Assembly: GCA_007119965.1 (NCBI GenBank)
Contig: SKOR01000039.1
Location: 3,157-67,156 of the forward strand
Direction of reading: 5' to 3'
DNA length: 64,000 nt
Origin: Syntrophomonadaceae bacterium
GTDB taxonomy: Bacteria; Bacillota; Dethiobacteria; DTU022
The translations under genes were made by a program, and so were the position numbers. This document shows, piece after piece, positions 1 through 9,050 of the stretch (its first letter is position 1; each line of letters starts with the position of its first letter). The notes below the pieces were generated by a model. It was not told where the DNA came from and searched no databases. It was given only the letters and a program-made list of their open reading frames with translations.

Positions 1-1
1 C

Positions 2-1897
2 GAAACCGCTTTGAAGAATGCTCTGCGTTACGTGCCTGAAGAATATCACCAAAAACTGGCTCCTGAATTCCTGGAAGAGTTGACTGCCGGAGGGCGTATA
101 TATGGTTACCGTTTCAGGCCGCCCGGCAGCATAAAAGCGAAACCGATCGATGATTACCGGGGAAACTGCATTGAAGGCAAAGCTTTCCAGGTGATGATCG
201 ACAATAACCTCGATTTTGATGTAGCCCTTTACCCTTATGAACTGGTTACCTATGGCGAAACAGGGCGGGTCTGCCAGAACTGGATGCAGTACCGGTTAAT
301 AAAAAAATACCTGGAAGTGATCACCGATCATCAGACCCTGGTGCTTGAATCGGGACATCCGCTGGGCCTGTTCCGATCAAAACCGGAAGCACCTCGGGTG
401 ATTATTACCAATTCGCTGATGATCGGAATGTATGACAATGCCGATGACTGGAACGTGGCCGAGCAAATGGGCGTGGCCAACTACGGACAGATGACGGCCG
501 GCGGCTGGATGTATATCGGGCCGCAGGGTATTGTTCACGGCACTTTTAACACAATTTTAAATGCCGGCCGTCAAAAGCTGGGCATTAAAGATGACGAAGA
601 TTTGAAAGGCGTGTTGTTCGTGACGTCAGGCCTGGGCGGGATGAGCGGGGCTCAGCCGAAGGCGGTTGAGATTGCCGGCGGGGTTGGCATCATCGCCGAA
701 GTCGACCTTTCGAGGATTAAAACGCGCCATGAGCAGGGCTGGGTTAGCGTGGTAACCGATGACCTGGAAGAGGCTTTTAGAAAAGCAGATCAGGCCAGAA
801 AGGCCAAAGAACCGCTTTCGATCGCTTATTACGGCAACGTTGTAGACCTCCTGGTTTATGCAGTGGAGCAAGGTCTAAAGATAGATCTGCTGTCGGATCA
901 GACTTCATGCCATGCCGCCTATGACGGCGGGTACTGTCCACAGGGTTTAACCTTTGCGCAGAGGACTGAACTGCTGCGAAAGGACAGGCCTGCATTCAAA
1001 AAAAAGGTCGACAGTTCGTTAAGGAAGCACTTTGACGCAATCAAAACACTGACCGAACGGGGCACCTACTTTTTCGATTACGGCAACTCATTTCTCAAGG
1101 CGGTTTATGACGCCGGTGTAAAAGAGGTTTCCCTGAACGGGGTTGATGCAAAAGATGGTTTTATCTTCCCTTCATATGTTGAAGATATTATGGGCCCCGA
1201 ACTATTTGACTACGGCTACGGGCCTTTTCGCTGGGTCTGCCTGAGCGGAAAGGCCGAAGATTTAAGAAAAACCGACCGGGCAGCGATGGATTGTATCGAT
1301 CCAAACCGCCGGGGGCAGTGCCGGGACAATTATGTTTGGATCAGGGACGCTGAAAAGAACAACCTGGTGGTCGGCACCCAGGCCCGCATCCTTTACCAGG
1401 ACCAGCGCGGGCGGACCAGGATTGCCCTTAAATTTAACGAGATGGTTCGCAGCGGGGCAGTAGGTCCGATTATGCTTGGCCGGGATCACCATGATGTCAG
1501 CGGTACCGATTCGCCTTTCAGGGAGACGTCTAATATCAGGGACGGCAGCAATGTGATGGCCGAAATGGCCGTCCAGTGTTTCGCCGGGAATGCGGCTCGC
1601 GGCATGAGTCTTGTTGCGCTGCACAACGGCGGTGGAGTGGGGATCGGGAAGGCAATCAATGGCGGGTTCGGGATGGTTTTAGACGGCAGCGAAAGGGTTG
1701 ATCGAATTCTAAACATGGCCATGCCCTGGGATGTAATGGGCGGCGTTGCCCGCCGGGCCTGGGCCCGCAATAAAAATTCGATAACGACCAGCATTGAATA
1801 TAACAGAGATAATGCCGGTACCGATCAAATTACCCTGCCCTACATTGCAGATGAAAGCATGGTGAAGACCCTGGTCAGAAAAATTTTTAAAGAGTAA
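2..1897 (+). CDS. hutU: urocanate hydratase, long UROC1-like form; 5' end probably lies outside the window
   Basis: The frame is open from nt 2, and the track ORF starts only at TTG 11. Urocanase motifs are present: GQMTAGGWMYIGPQGIVHGT, GLGGMSGAQP, GRDHHDVSGTDSPFRETSN. It is followed directly by hutI and a formiminotransferase. Confidence 0.9.
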   Translation, partial: ETALKNALRYVPEEYHQKLAPEFLEELTAGGRIYGYRFRPPGSIKAKPIDDYRGNCIEGKAFQVMIDNNLDFDVALYPYELVTYGETGRVCQNWMQYRLIKKYLEVITDHQTLVLESGHPLGLFRSKPEAPRVIITNSLMIGMYDNADDWNVAEQMGVANYGQMTAGGWMYIGPQGIVHGTFNTILNAGRQKLGIKDDEDLKGVLFVTSGLGGMSGAQPKAVEIAGGVGIIAEVDLSRIKTRHEQGWVSVVTDDLEEAFRKADQARKAKEPLSIAYYGNVVDLLVYAVEQGLKIDLLSDQTSCHAAYDGGYCPQGLTFAQRTELLRKDRPAFKKKVDSSLRKHFDAIKTLTERGTYFFDYGNSFLKAVYDAGVKEVSLNGVDAKDGFIFPSYVEDIMGPELFDYGYGPFRWVCLSGKAEDLRKTDRAAMDCIDPNRRGQCRDNYVWIRDAEKNNLVVGTQARILYQDQRGRTRIALKFNEMVRSGAVGPIMLGRDHHDVSGTDSPFRETSNIRDGSNVMAEMAVQCFAGNAARGMSLVALHNGGGVGIGKAINGGFGMVLDGSERVDRILNMAMPWDVMGGVARRAWARNKNSITTSIEYNRDNAGTDQITLPYIADESMVKTLVRKIFKE

Positions 1898-1950
1898 GTC
1901 TTTACTTAAACTTTAGTCCGATCAGGCTGACTATAAGAAAGCGAGGTGTC

Positions 1951-3216
1951 TTGGTGAAAGCAACACTAATTGTAAAAAACGCCGCCCAGCTTGTTACCTC
2001 CGTGGGGGCCTCTGAAACTCCCCTGGCCGGTGAACTGCAGGGCGAGCTTACAGTGTATGAAAATGGTTCCGTGGCCGTGGATGGTGATAAAATCGTGGCC
2101 GTGGGAACCACCGCGGAAGTATTGGAGCGCGTGGAAACCGGCGCAGAAACAAGGGTTGTTGACGCAAATGGCCAGGTTGTGCTGCCCGGCCTGATCGATC
2201 CACATACGCACGTGGTGTTCGGTGGCTCACGGGAACATGAATTGGCCCTTAAACTGGAAGGAGTCCCTTACCTCGAAATACTGGCTCGCGGCGGCGGCAT
2301 TTTAAGCAGTGTGGAAGCAACCCGCGCGGCCCCTAAAGAAGAGCTGGTGGCCTGCGGCATTAAGTACTGCCTGCAGATGCTGGCCCAGGGAACAACAACG
2401 GCTGAAGCGAAAAGCGGTTACGGATTATCGACTGAAGCTGAAATCAAAACCCTGCAGGCAGTCCGGCAGGTAGACAGCGCGCAGCCGGTCAATCTGGTCC
2501 CGACATTTCTCGGCGCCCATGCTGTGCCAAAGGAATACAAGGGCGACCCTGATCGCTATCTTGACCTGGTAATCGAAGAAATGCTGCCCCTTGTAGTAGA
2601 ACATAATCTGGCCCGCTACTGCGATGTTTTTTGCGAAGAAGGAGTTTTTACCGTTGAACAGTCACGGCGGGTTTTATTGGCCGCCCGTGATATGGGCTTA
2701 GAACTTAAAATACATGCCGATGAAATTGTGCCGCTGGGCGGCGCAGAGCTGGCTGCTGAACTGGGTGCAGTATCTGCCGATCACCTTCTGGTTATAGGTG
2801 ATGAAGGAATTAAAAGGATGGCCGAAGAAGGTGTAATTGCCGTTATTTTGCCGGGGACAACCTTTTACCTGCGCGAAGAGCATTACGCCCCGGCCAGAAA
2901 AATGATCGAAGCGGGGGTGCCTGTAGCCCTGGCTACTGATTTTAACCCGGGCAGTTCGCCGAACAATAACCTGCAGTTGATCATAAATATCGCCTGCCTT
3001 TACCTGCGCATGACCCCTGCCGAAGTGATCAACGCTATTACGATCAATGCCGCTCATGCCGTAGGTCGTGGAGCTGAAATCGGCAGCCTGGAGGAAGGCA
3101 AAAAAGCGGACCTGGTTATATTCGACGCTCCCAATTATGATTACCTTGCTTACCGTTACGGGACAAACCTGGTTAACAGGGTGATAAAAAACGGCCGGTT
3201 AGTCGTGGAGGTGTAG
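1951..3216 (+). CDS. hutI: imidazolonepropionase
   Basis: Amidohydrolase metal-ligand motifs typical of HutI are present: DPHTHVVFGGSRE, KIHADE, ATDFNPGSSP. GAGGTG at 1943-1948 precedes TTG 1951 and GTG 1954. Context is the hut cluster. Confidence 0.93.
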   Translation: MVKATLIVKNAAQLVTSVGASETPLAGELQGELTVYENGSVAVDGDKIVAVGTTAEVLERVETGAETRVVDANGQVVLPGLIDPHTHVVFGGSREHELALKLEGVPYLEILARGGGILSSVEATRAAPKEELVACGIKYCLQMLAQGTTTAEAKSGYGLSTEAEIKTLQAVRQVDSAQPVNLVPTFLGAHAVPKEYKGDPDRYLDLVIEEMLPLVVEHNLARYCDVFCEEGVFTVEQSRRVLLAARDMGLELKIHADEIVPLGGAELAAELGAVSADHLLVIGDEGIKRMAEEGVIAVILPGTTFYLREEHYAPARKMIEAGVPVALATDFNPGSSPNNNLQLIINIACLYLRMTPAEVINAITINAAHAVGRGAEIGSLEEGKKADLVIFDAPNYDYLAYRYGTNLVNRVIKNGRLVVEV

Positions 3217-3223
3217 CAGTTTA

Positions 3224-4120
3224 ATGACAAAAATAGTCCAGTGTGTCCCGAACTTCAGTGAAGGGCGCAGGTTAGGGGTAATAGAAGAAATCGTCGGGGC
3301 CATTAAAAGCGCGGCGGGAGTGGCCCTTCTTGATTACTCGCACGATGAAAGCCACAACCGCTCCGTGGTTACTTTTATCGGAGAGCCGCAGGCGGTTATG
3401 GAAGCCGCGTTTCGCGGGGCAAAAAAAGCTTCCGAAAAGATTGACCTGTCGACCCACAGCGGGGGACATCCCCGCATGGGAGCAGTCGATGTGATTCCAT
3501 TTATTCCTGTCAAAGGGGTGTCCATGGAAGAGTGCATAGAGATGGCCAGGCAGTTGGGTCGGAGGTTGGCTGATGAACTCAACCTGCCGATTTATCTTTA
3601 TGAAGAAGCAGCCTCTAAACCCGATAGAAAAAACCTTTCCGATGTGCGCCGGGGCCAATACGAAGGCTTGATTGATTCGATCACAGATCCAGGGCGCGAA
3701 CCTGATTTCGGGCCGGCAAAGGTCCATCCCCGGGCGGGAGTGACCGCTGTCGGAGCCCGGCCCCCGTTGATTGCTTACAATATCAACCTCGATACCGCCG
3801 ATGTCAGCGTTGCCAAAAATATTGCCCGGGCAATCAGGGGCAGCAGCGGTGGGTTTCCAACCGTTAAAGGCCTCGGAATAATGATCGAGGAGACAGGAAA
3901 AGCCCAGGTGACTTTTAACGTTTGCGATTATAAAAAAGTACCGCTGCACCGTATTTTTGAACTGGTTAAAAGGGAAGCGGCACGTTACGGGGTGACGGTG
4001 ACTGGCAGTGAAGTGATCGGCCTGACTCCTCTTGATGCCCTGGTCGATGCCGCAGTATTTTACCTGCAGATAGACGGTTTTGAGCGTAGCCAGGTCTTAG
4101 AAAACAGATTATTGGAGTGA
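3224..4120 (+). CDS. ftcD: glutamate formimidoyltransferase (transferase domain only, no cyclodeaminase domain)
   Basis: The N-terminus MTKIVQCVPNFSEGRR is characteristic of the formiminotransferase family. The 298-aa length fits the stand-alone transferase. It starts 8 nt after hutI. Confidence 0.88.
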   Translation: MTKIVQCVPNFSEGRRLGVIEEIVGAIKSAAGVALLDYSHDESHNRSVVTFIGEPQAVMEAAFRGAKKASEKIDLSTHSGGHPRMGAVDVIPFIPVKGVSMEECIEMARQLGRRLADELNLPIYLYEEAASKPDRKNLSDVRRGQYEGLIDSITDPGREPDFGPAKVHPRAGVTAVGARPPLIAYNINLDTADVSVAKNIARAIRGSSGGFPTVKGLGIMIEETGKAQVTFNVCDYKKVPLHRIFELVKREAARYGVTVTGSEVIGLTPLDALVDAAVFYLQIDGFERSQVLENRLLE

Positions 4121-4127
4121 TCTTAAA

Positions 4128-5105
4128 ATGGGAGATTCAATGCAAAATGAAAGGGATAGTGCCGTTAATGGCAGCAGCCTCAATGACGGCCTGAATGGAG
4201 GGCCTAATAAGCCCGACCTGAGAGCAGCGATGCGCCTTTACATCTTTATCTTTATCCTGCTTCTTACAATCGGAGCGCTGGCGCAGACCCTGCACTTTGA
4301 AATCGGGATGATTGTGACCCAGGTTCTTTTAATCCTGCTGCCCGCGCTCTGGTTCCTGCGGCGGCACCGGGTTGACATATCCGGTTTTGCGCGCCTTAAA
4401 CCGCTCCGGGCCGGGTTTGTGCCCACTATTATTATCCTGGCTGCGTCGATGTGGGTACTGAACATGATCATAGCTTCAGGAATGGTAACCGGCCTGATGG
4501 AATTCGGCTATGAACCGATTACCGTCCTTGAGCCTCCTGAGACCCTTCAGGAATACCTGATCTTATTGCTTGTGCTGTCTGTTTTTGCCGGAATTTGTGA
4601 AGAGGTTTTATTCCGGGGGGCGATTATGCCTTCCATGGAAGGCCACGGTCTCGTGCCGGCAGTTGTTTTCAGTTCCCTGTTATTTGCCCTTTTCCATGTT
4701 ACATTTCTTAACCTGTTCAGCACATTTATCCTCGGCATGGTCATGGCTGTTGTGGTAATAAAAACCGGTTCGCTGTGGGGCGGAATCCTTTATCATATGG
4801 CAAACAATGCTATCGCGGTGACCTATCTTTATATTGCCGGGCAGCAGGAAACAGCAACCGAGATTGACCCCCAGGGTTATTGGGTTCTGCTGCCGCTGTT
4901 CCTGGTTGCCGTCGCCGGATCTTATTTCAGCCTGCGCCTCTTGCAAAAGCAGTCGGGGATCGAGCCGCTGCTCAAAAACCGCAAAAATTGGCTGCCCCGC
5001 GGCTGGTTCAGCGCCGCTTTTGTGGCCGCCGTAATATTGTTCCTGATTATGGCTCTGCTTGAGTTTGCGATTGGATTTAACTGGTTTGGCCTGGCAGAAC
5101 TCTAG
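4128..5105 (+). CDS. CPBP (CAAX-like) family intramembrane metalloprotease
   Basis: Multi-pass membrane protein with the EEVLFRG and FALFH motifs of the CPBP family. Confidence 0.8.
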   Translation: MGDSMQNERDSAVNGSSLNDGLNGGPNKPDLRAAMRLYIFIFILLLTIGALAQTLHFEIGMIVTQVLLILLPALWFLRRHRVDISGFARLKPLRAGFVPTIIILAASMWVLNMIIASGMVTGLMEFGYEPITVLEPPETLQEYLILLLVLSVFAGICEEVLFRGAIMPSMEGHGLVPAVVFSSLLFALFHVTFLNLFSTFILGMVMAVVVIKTGSLWGGILYHMANNAIAVTYLYIAGQQETATEIDPQGYWVLLPLFLVAVAGSYFSLRLLQKQSGIEPLLKNRKNWLPRGWFSAAFVAAVILFLIMALLEFAIGFNWFGLAEL

Positions 5106-5160
5106 CCGGGCAGACGGTTTATGAAGCTTGAAAACCTATGATCAAAAGGAGGTTTCCATC

Positions 5161-5679
5161 ATGGAACTGGAAGGCAAGCATATTGCTATTTTACTGGAAC
5201 AGCTTTATGAAGATCCCGAGTTCTGGTATCCATACTACCGGTTCTTGGAGGCCGGGGCGAAGGTGACGGTGGTTGCCCCGGAGGCAAAAGAATACAAGAG
5301 CAAACATGGTTATCCGGCCAGGGCCGATCTGGCTGCGGCCGATGCAAAGGCAGCGGATTATGATGCCGTAATTATTCCCGGAGGTTATTCTCCGGATCAC
5401 ATGCGGCGCTCAAAAGAACTGGTTGACTTCCTGAAGCAATCCTTTGAGCAGGATCGTGTAATTGCCGCCATTTGCCACGGGCCCTGGATGCTGGCCTCAA
5501 TCGGGGCCGCAAAGGGCAGGAAACTGACTGCTTTCCATTCGATTAAGGATGATCTGCTCAATGCCGGGGCGCAGTTTGTTGACGAGGAAGTGGTGCGCGA
5601 CGGAAAGGTGATCACCTCGCGTACCCCGCAGGATTTGCCTGCCTTTTGCAAAGAGGTTATTGCCGCCCTGAAAGGATGA
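5161..5679 (+). CDS. DJ-1/PfpI family protein (type 1 glutamine amidotransferase-like)
   Basis: Nucleophile elbow AAICHGPW is present, and the ~170-aa size fits. I moved the start to ATG 5161, 8 nt after AGGAGG 5147-5152; the track ORF begins at TTG 5128 without an RBS. Confidence 0.85.
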   Translation: MELEGKHIAILLEQLYEDPEFWYPYYRFLEAGAKVTVVAPEAKEYKSKHGYPARADLAAADAKAADYDAVIIPGGYSPDHMRRSKELVDFLKQSFEQDRVIAAICHGPWMLASIGAAKGRKLTAFHSIKDDLLNAGAQFVDEEVVRDGKVITSRTPQDLPAFCKEVIAALKG

Positions 5680-5833
5680 GCGGCAGGGAACTGCTGCGCT
5701 TAATGCTGCCCGGGCACCCTGGTCTTTTGGGAAGTGCGCGCAGCTAAGCTGCATTACAAGCGTTAACCCGGCTAACGGGCGTTTTAAAATAATCCGGACT
5801 TAAAAGCGGGTTCGCCCAGGCGGGCCCGCTGAA

Positions 5834-6763
5834 TTATTTGGCTCTAAAAAAAATTCCCCTACTTTTCTTTTCTGCTTCGATTTTCCCCTGTTTCCTCAAA
5901 AGGTTGACCTGTTTCTGAATTTCTACCGGGCGCAAGTTCAAAGCCTGCTGCAGATCCTTGATCGTACAAGGCCTTCTTTGCAGCGTGCGGATAATTTGAT
6001 CGCTCTGGGCCTTATGTAAAGCGGTATCGGCCCGCCGGGGGCGGAAGTCTCCGATTAATTCTGCTTCGCCCAAAAAGCAGGCAATTTTCTGCATCGTCTT
6101 TTCGCCGGCAGCTTCAACCCAGTCTTCTGTTCCCGGCCTGTCCAGCGTCCCGATCTGGATTCGGTCCGGCTTGATCCTGCCAGTGGCTTCTTTCAGCAGG
6201 GCAAGTTCGGCGGGCTGATTATTGATGCCGGGAACAATAAAAATTTCCAACACTATTTCACCGCGATAGTCACTGCGCAGGGCGGCCAGGCCGTCGATCA
6301 CGGCAGCACAGCTGATGCTTTTATGGGGGCGGTTAATCTGTTTAAAAGCATCTTCGCCGGCAGCATCGAGGGAAGGGACGATCATGTCGATTCTGCTTAC
6401 TGCCCTGCGGACGGCGGCATCAGTAAACAGGGTGCCGTTTGTTAACAGGCAGGTCCGGTAACGGGGGTAACTGTTTTTTATAAAATCGGCAATACTGCCC
6501 AGGGCCGAGTTCAGGGTTGGCTCCCCGGAGCCGGAAAAAGTAACGTAATCAAGCGAAGGTGCCGTGGAAAGGTAGTCATCCAACTCGGCGATTACAGACC
6601 GGGCAGGCACATATTCTATCCTGGCGGTGGTTAAATTTGTGGTTTCTCCGCACTCACAGTATACACAGTTCAGGGTACAGGTTTTATACGGCACAAGGTC
6701 AACACCAAGGGATAATCCCAGGCGCCGCGATGGGACAGGGCCAAAAAGATGTTTGTATTTCAT
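5834..6763 (-). CDS. radical SAM protein with a C-terminal winged-helix-like tail
   Basis: N-terminal CxxxCxxC cluster (CTLNCVYCEC) and a GSGEPTL SAM-binding motif. The last ~60 aa (IIRTLQRRPCTIKDLQQALNLRPVEIQKQVNLLRKQGKI) have a wHTH-like pattern. Confidence 0.8.
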   Translation of the reverse strand: MKYKHLFGPVPSRRLGLSLGVDLVPYKTCTLNCVYCECGETTNLTTARIEYVPARSVIAELDDYLSTAPSLDYVTFSGSGEPTLNSALGSIADFIKNSYPRYRTCLLTNGTLFTDAAVRRAVSRIDMIVPSLDAAGEDAFKQINRPHKSISCAAVIDGLAALRSDYRGEIVLEIFIVPGINNQPAELALLKEATGRIKPDRIQIGTLDRPGTEDWVEAAGEKTMQKIACFLGEAELIGDFRPRRADTALHKAQSDQIIRTLQRRPCTIKDLQQALNLRPVEIQKQVNLLRKQGKIEAEKKSRGIFFRAK

Positions 6764-6804
6764 GTTTTTCTCCTCCCTGGATCAAATTATATCAAAAAAA
6801 GTTA

Positions 6805-6851
6805 TTGATTTATACCCGTTATGGGGGTATAATTGTAATGGATATATACCC
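6805..6851 (+). promoter_or_regulatory. sigma-A-type promoter overlapped by a TATACCC inverted repeat plus a third half-site
   Basis: The promoter is TTGATT (6805-6810), a 17-nt spacer, then TATAAT (6828-6833). The inverted repeat is TTATACCC (6810-6817) and GGGTATAA (6825-6832). A further TATACCC lies at 6845-6851. All sit in the divergent intergenic region between the radical SAM gene and the NifX-like genes. Confidence 0.5.
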
Positions 6852-6898
6852 AATATAGGTTTAAACAGAACTGCATTATGAATGAGGAGGCGAAGACT

Positions 6899-7276
6899 AT
6901 GAAATTGGCAGTATGCGCTCAGGGTGAAGGGCTGAAAGCAAAAGTTGACGAGAGGTTCGGGCGTTGCCCCTGTTTTGTTATTGTTGACACGGAGAACGCG
7001 GACAGGGTAATTACAGTCAACAACTCTGATGCTGATGCATCTGGAGGGGCAGGCCCTCAGGCAGCCCAGTTGTTGGCGGGTCTTGGTGTCAGTGCGGTTG
7101 CCCTGGGAAATGTAGGCCCAAATGCAGCGACAGCCCTGGAGGCTGCAAAAATTGCAGTTTACAGTGGAATTACGGGAACAGTTGAGGAAACTCTGCAAAA
7201 ATACCGGGCAGGTGATCTGCACCCGGTATCTGAAGCGTCAGTGCCGCCTCATTCGGGAATGAAAGGTATGCGGTAA
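6899..7276 (+). CDS. NifB/NifX family (dinitrogenase Fe-Mo cofactor biosynthesis domain) protein
   Basis: MKLAVCAQGEGL..VDERFGRCPCFVIVD is the typical N-terminus of the NifX/NifB-C family. I moved the start to ATG 6899, 8 nt after GAGGAGG 6884-6890. Confidence 0.8.
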   Translation: MKLAVCAQGEGLKAKVDERFGRCPCFVIVDTENADRVITVNNSDADASGGAGPQAAQLLAGLGVSAVALGNVGPNAATALEAAKIAVYSGITGTVEETLQKYRAGDLHPVSEASVPPHSGMKGMR

Positions 7277-7300
7277 TAATAAAAAAGGAGGTTGATAGCA

Positions 7301-7654
7301 GTGATTGTAGCGATAGCAACTGAAGGCAGCCTGGTTGCGAAGCATTTTGGGCGCTGCCCGGAGTATACTCTCTATAAAGTAGGCGGACGGTCGGTTGTTG
7401 AAGAAAAAAAAATTACCAACCCCGGCCATGAACCGGGTTTTCTGCCTGGATACCTGTCCGGCCTGGGTGTCAACAGTATTGTTGCCGGAGGTATGGGTCA
7501 GCGGGCCCGGTCACTATTTGAAGAAGAAGGAATCGAGACCTATGTTGGCGTCACCGGCCCGGTCAAAGATGTAATCGAAACTTATCTTGCCGGGGAACTG
7601 CGCTCCGGGGTTAGCACCTGTGAGCACCCCGGTGGCGATCATGGCTGTGGTTAA
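7301..7654 (+). CDS. NifB/NifX family protein (second paralogue)
   Basis: IVAIATEGSLVAKHFGRCPEYTLYKV matches the same family. GTG 7301 lies 9 nt after AGGAGG 7286-7291. Confidence 0.8.
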   Translation: MIVAIATEGSLVAKHFGRCPEYTLYKVGGRSVVEEKKITNPGHEPGFLPGYLSGLGVNSIVAGGMGQRARSLFEEEGIETYVGVTGPVKDVIETYLAGELRSGVSTCEHPGGDHGCG

Positions 7655-7693
7655 ATCAGCTGAAAATCACAAGAGGGAAAGGAGGTTATGATC

Positions 7694-7984
7694 ATGCCTG
7701 GTTTTGATGGAACCGGCCCTCCGCGCGGAGGCCAGGGAATCGGTGGCAAATTTGTTTATTGCGGACCAATCCAGCCTCACATCGGCCCTTACAGGGGCGG
7801 AGGCTATGGCCGGGGGCCCGGAAGAGGGCCGTGTGCCCGGTGGTACGGCAGGCCAGCATCGTATTATGAGCCAGCCCAATACAATCCTGAAGATGAAAAA
7901 GCCTTCTTACAGGAACAGGCCGAACACTTGAAAGTAGAACTGGATCAGCTGCAAAAAAGAATGTCAGAACTGGAACAGCACTAG
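7694..7984 (+). CDS. DUF5320-like small protein (Gly/Pro/Arg-rich N-terminus, C-terminal coiled coil)
   Basis: MPGFDGTGPPRGGQG... followed by LQEQAEHLKVELDQLQKRMSELE. ATG 7694 lies 8 nt after GGAGG 7681-7685. Such proteins commonly accompany NifX-like/MinD-Fd clusters. Confidence 0.7.
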   Translation: MPGFDGTGPPRGGQGIGGKFVYCGPIQPHIGPYRGGGYGRGPGRGPCARWYGRPASYYEPAQYNPEDEKAFLQEQAEHLKVELDQLQKRMSELEQH

Positions 7985-8004
7985 TGGTAAGGTTGTTACA
8001 AATG

Positions 8005-8033
8005 GCCGCCCCGGTTTTCTTTACCGGGGCGGC
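8005..8033 (+). terminator. strong GC hairpin after the DUF5320 gene (no clear T-run)
   Basis: GCCGCCCCGG (8005-8014) and CCGGGGCGGC (8024-8033) form a perfect 10-bp stem with a 9-nt loop. Confidence 0.45.
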
Positions 8034-8192
8034 TGTGATATCTCCCTGGCGGGAAAATTTGAAATTTCCCCAAATCAGGGTGGAAGATCAAGGCACAGTG
8101 AGTGGTGTTGTCTCGCGAAAAAAAATACCCGGCCGGCCTAAATTACCCGGTCAGGAAAAGCTATTTTGGAATCAGGGGAATGGGGAGATTAA

Positions 8193-9050
8193 ATGCTAAA
8201 CCTGGCTATTGCCAGCGGTAAGGGCGGAACCGGAAAAACAACGGTGGCCGTTAACCTGGCCCTGGCCCTGGAACAGGAAAATGTTCAGCTTTTAGATTGC
8301 GATGTCGAAGAACCGAACGCTCATCTGTTTGTAAAGCCGGTAATTGAGCAATCTTATGCTGTCGGCATACCGGTGCCGTCGGTAGATCCGGAAAAGTGCA
8401 GTTTTTGCGGGCGCTGCGCCGAAGTGTGCGCTTTTAACGCTCTCGCTGTCTTCCGCGACCAGGTTATGGTTTTACCGGAGCTATGCCATGGCTGCGGCAG
8501 TTGTGCCTATCTTTGCCCTGAAAAGGCAATAACCGAGTTTGATCGGCCTATCGGAGTTGTTGAAACGGGCAGGGCTGATGGCTTGTCTTTTGCTCACGGC
8601 CGCCTCAACCCGGGGGAGGCAATGTCGCCGCCATTAATTAAGGCCGTAAAAAAATTGGCAGACCCCAATGCCGTTACAATTATCGATGCCCCGCCCGGGA
8701 CGTCCTGCCCGGTAATCGCTTCCGTCAGCGGGTGTGATTTTTGCCTGCTGGTAACTGAGCCGACTCCCTTTGGCTTAAACGACCTTGGCCTCGCCGTGCA
8801 GATGGTCAGAAAACTGGGCCTTCCGGCAGGGGTTCTTATTAACCAGTGTGATATAGGTGACGGCGCTGTTGAAAAATTTTGCCGTGAAAATAACTTTCCT
8901 GTGCTGCAAAAAATACCCTGGGACTTTGAATTGGCCGGCCTTTATGCCCGGGGAGAAACGGCAGTTATGCACCTGCCGGTGTGGCGCCGCCGGTTTCAGA
9001 GCCTTTATGCCGGCATAACCGGATTGGTGGAAGGGGCTGTGAGACAATGA
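8193..9050 (+). CDS. MinD/ParA-family P-loop ATPase with inserted 2x[4Fe-4S] ferredoxin domain
   Basis: Deviant Walker A SGKGGTGKTT. Two CxxCxxCxxxC motifs are present: CSFCGRCAEVC and CHGCGSCAYLCP. Confidence 0.85.
   Translation: MLNLAIASGKGGTGKTTVAVNLALALEQENVQLLDCDVEEPNAHLFVKPVIEQSYAVGIPVPSVDPEKCSFCGRCAEVCAFNALAVFRDQVMVLPELCHGCGSCAYLCPEKAITEFDRPIGVVETGRADGLSFAHGRLNPGEAMSPPLIKAVKKLADPNAVTIIDAPPGTSCPVIASVSGCDFCLLVTEPTPFGLNDLGLAVQMVRKLGLPAGVLINQCDIGDGAVEKFCRENNFPVLQKIPWDFELAGLYARGETAVMHLPVWRRRFQSLYAGITGLVEGAVRQ

Noticed and set aside
3272-3949. Long antisense ORFs opposite well-supported genes. Examples: 3272-3949(-) 225 aa, 19676-20317(-) 213 aa, 40913-41518(-) 201 aa, 46769-47281(-) 170 aa, 52039-52557(-) 172 aa, 48617-49132(-) 171 aa.
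   Set aside because: Each lies entirely inside a gene with strong family motifs on the other strand. They show Arg/Pro/Gly-rich shadow composition typical of GC-rich coding DNA, and they have no RBS and no recognisable motifs.
7984-8199. 71-aa ORF between the DUF5320 gene and the first MinD-like gene
   Set aside because: It spans the strong 8005-8033 hairpin, has no RBS, and shows no family resemblance. It is most likely intergenic.
8981-9046. N-terminal extensions proposed by the ORF track. Examples: 8981 for MinD-2, 15168 for cobU, 20332 for cobT, 22079 for the Dph6-like gene, 38612 for the permease, 61937 for the FAD subunit, 5128 for DJ-1.
   Set aside because: In each case an internal ATG or GTG lies 6-10 nt after a GGAGG-type RBS and matches the homologue's N-terminus. 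The extension overlaps the preceding gene and has no RBS of its own.
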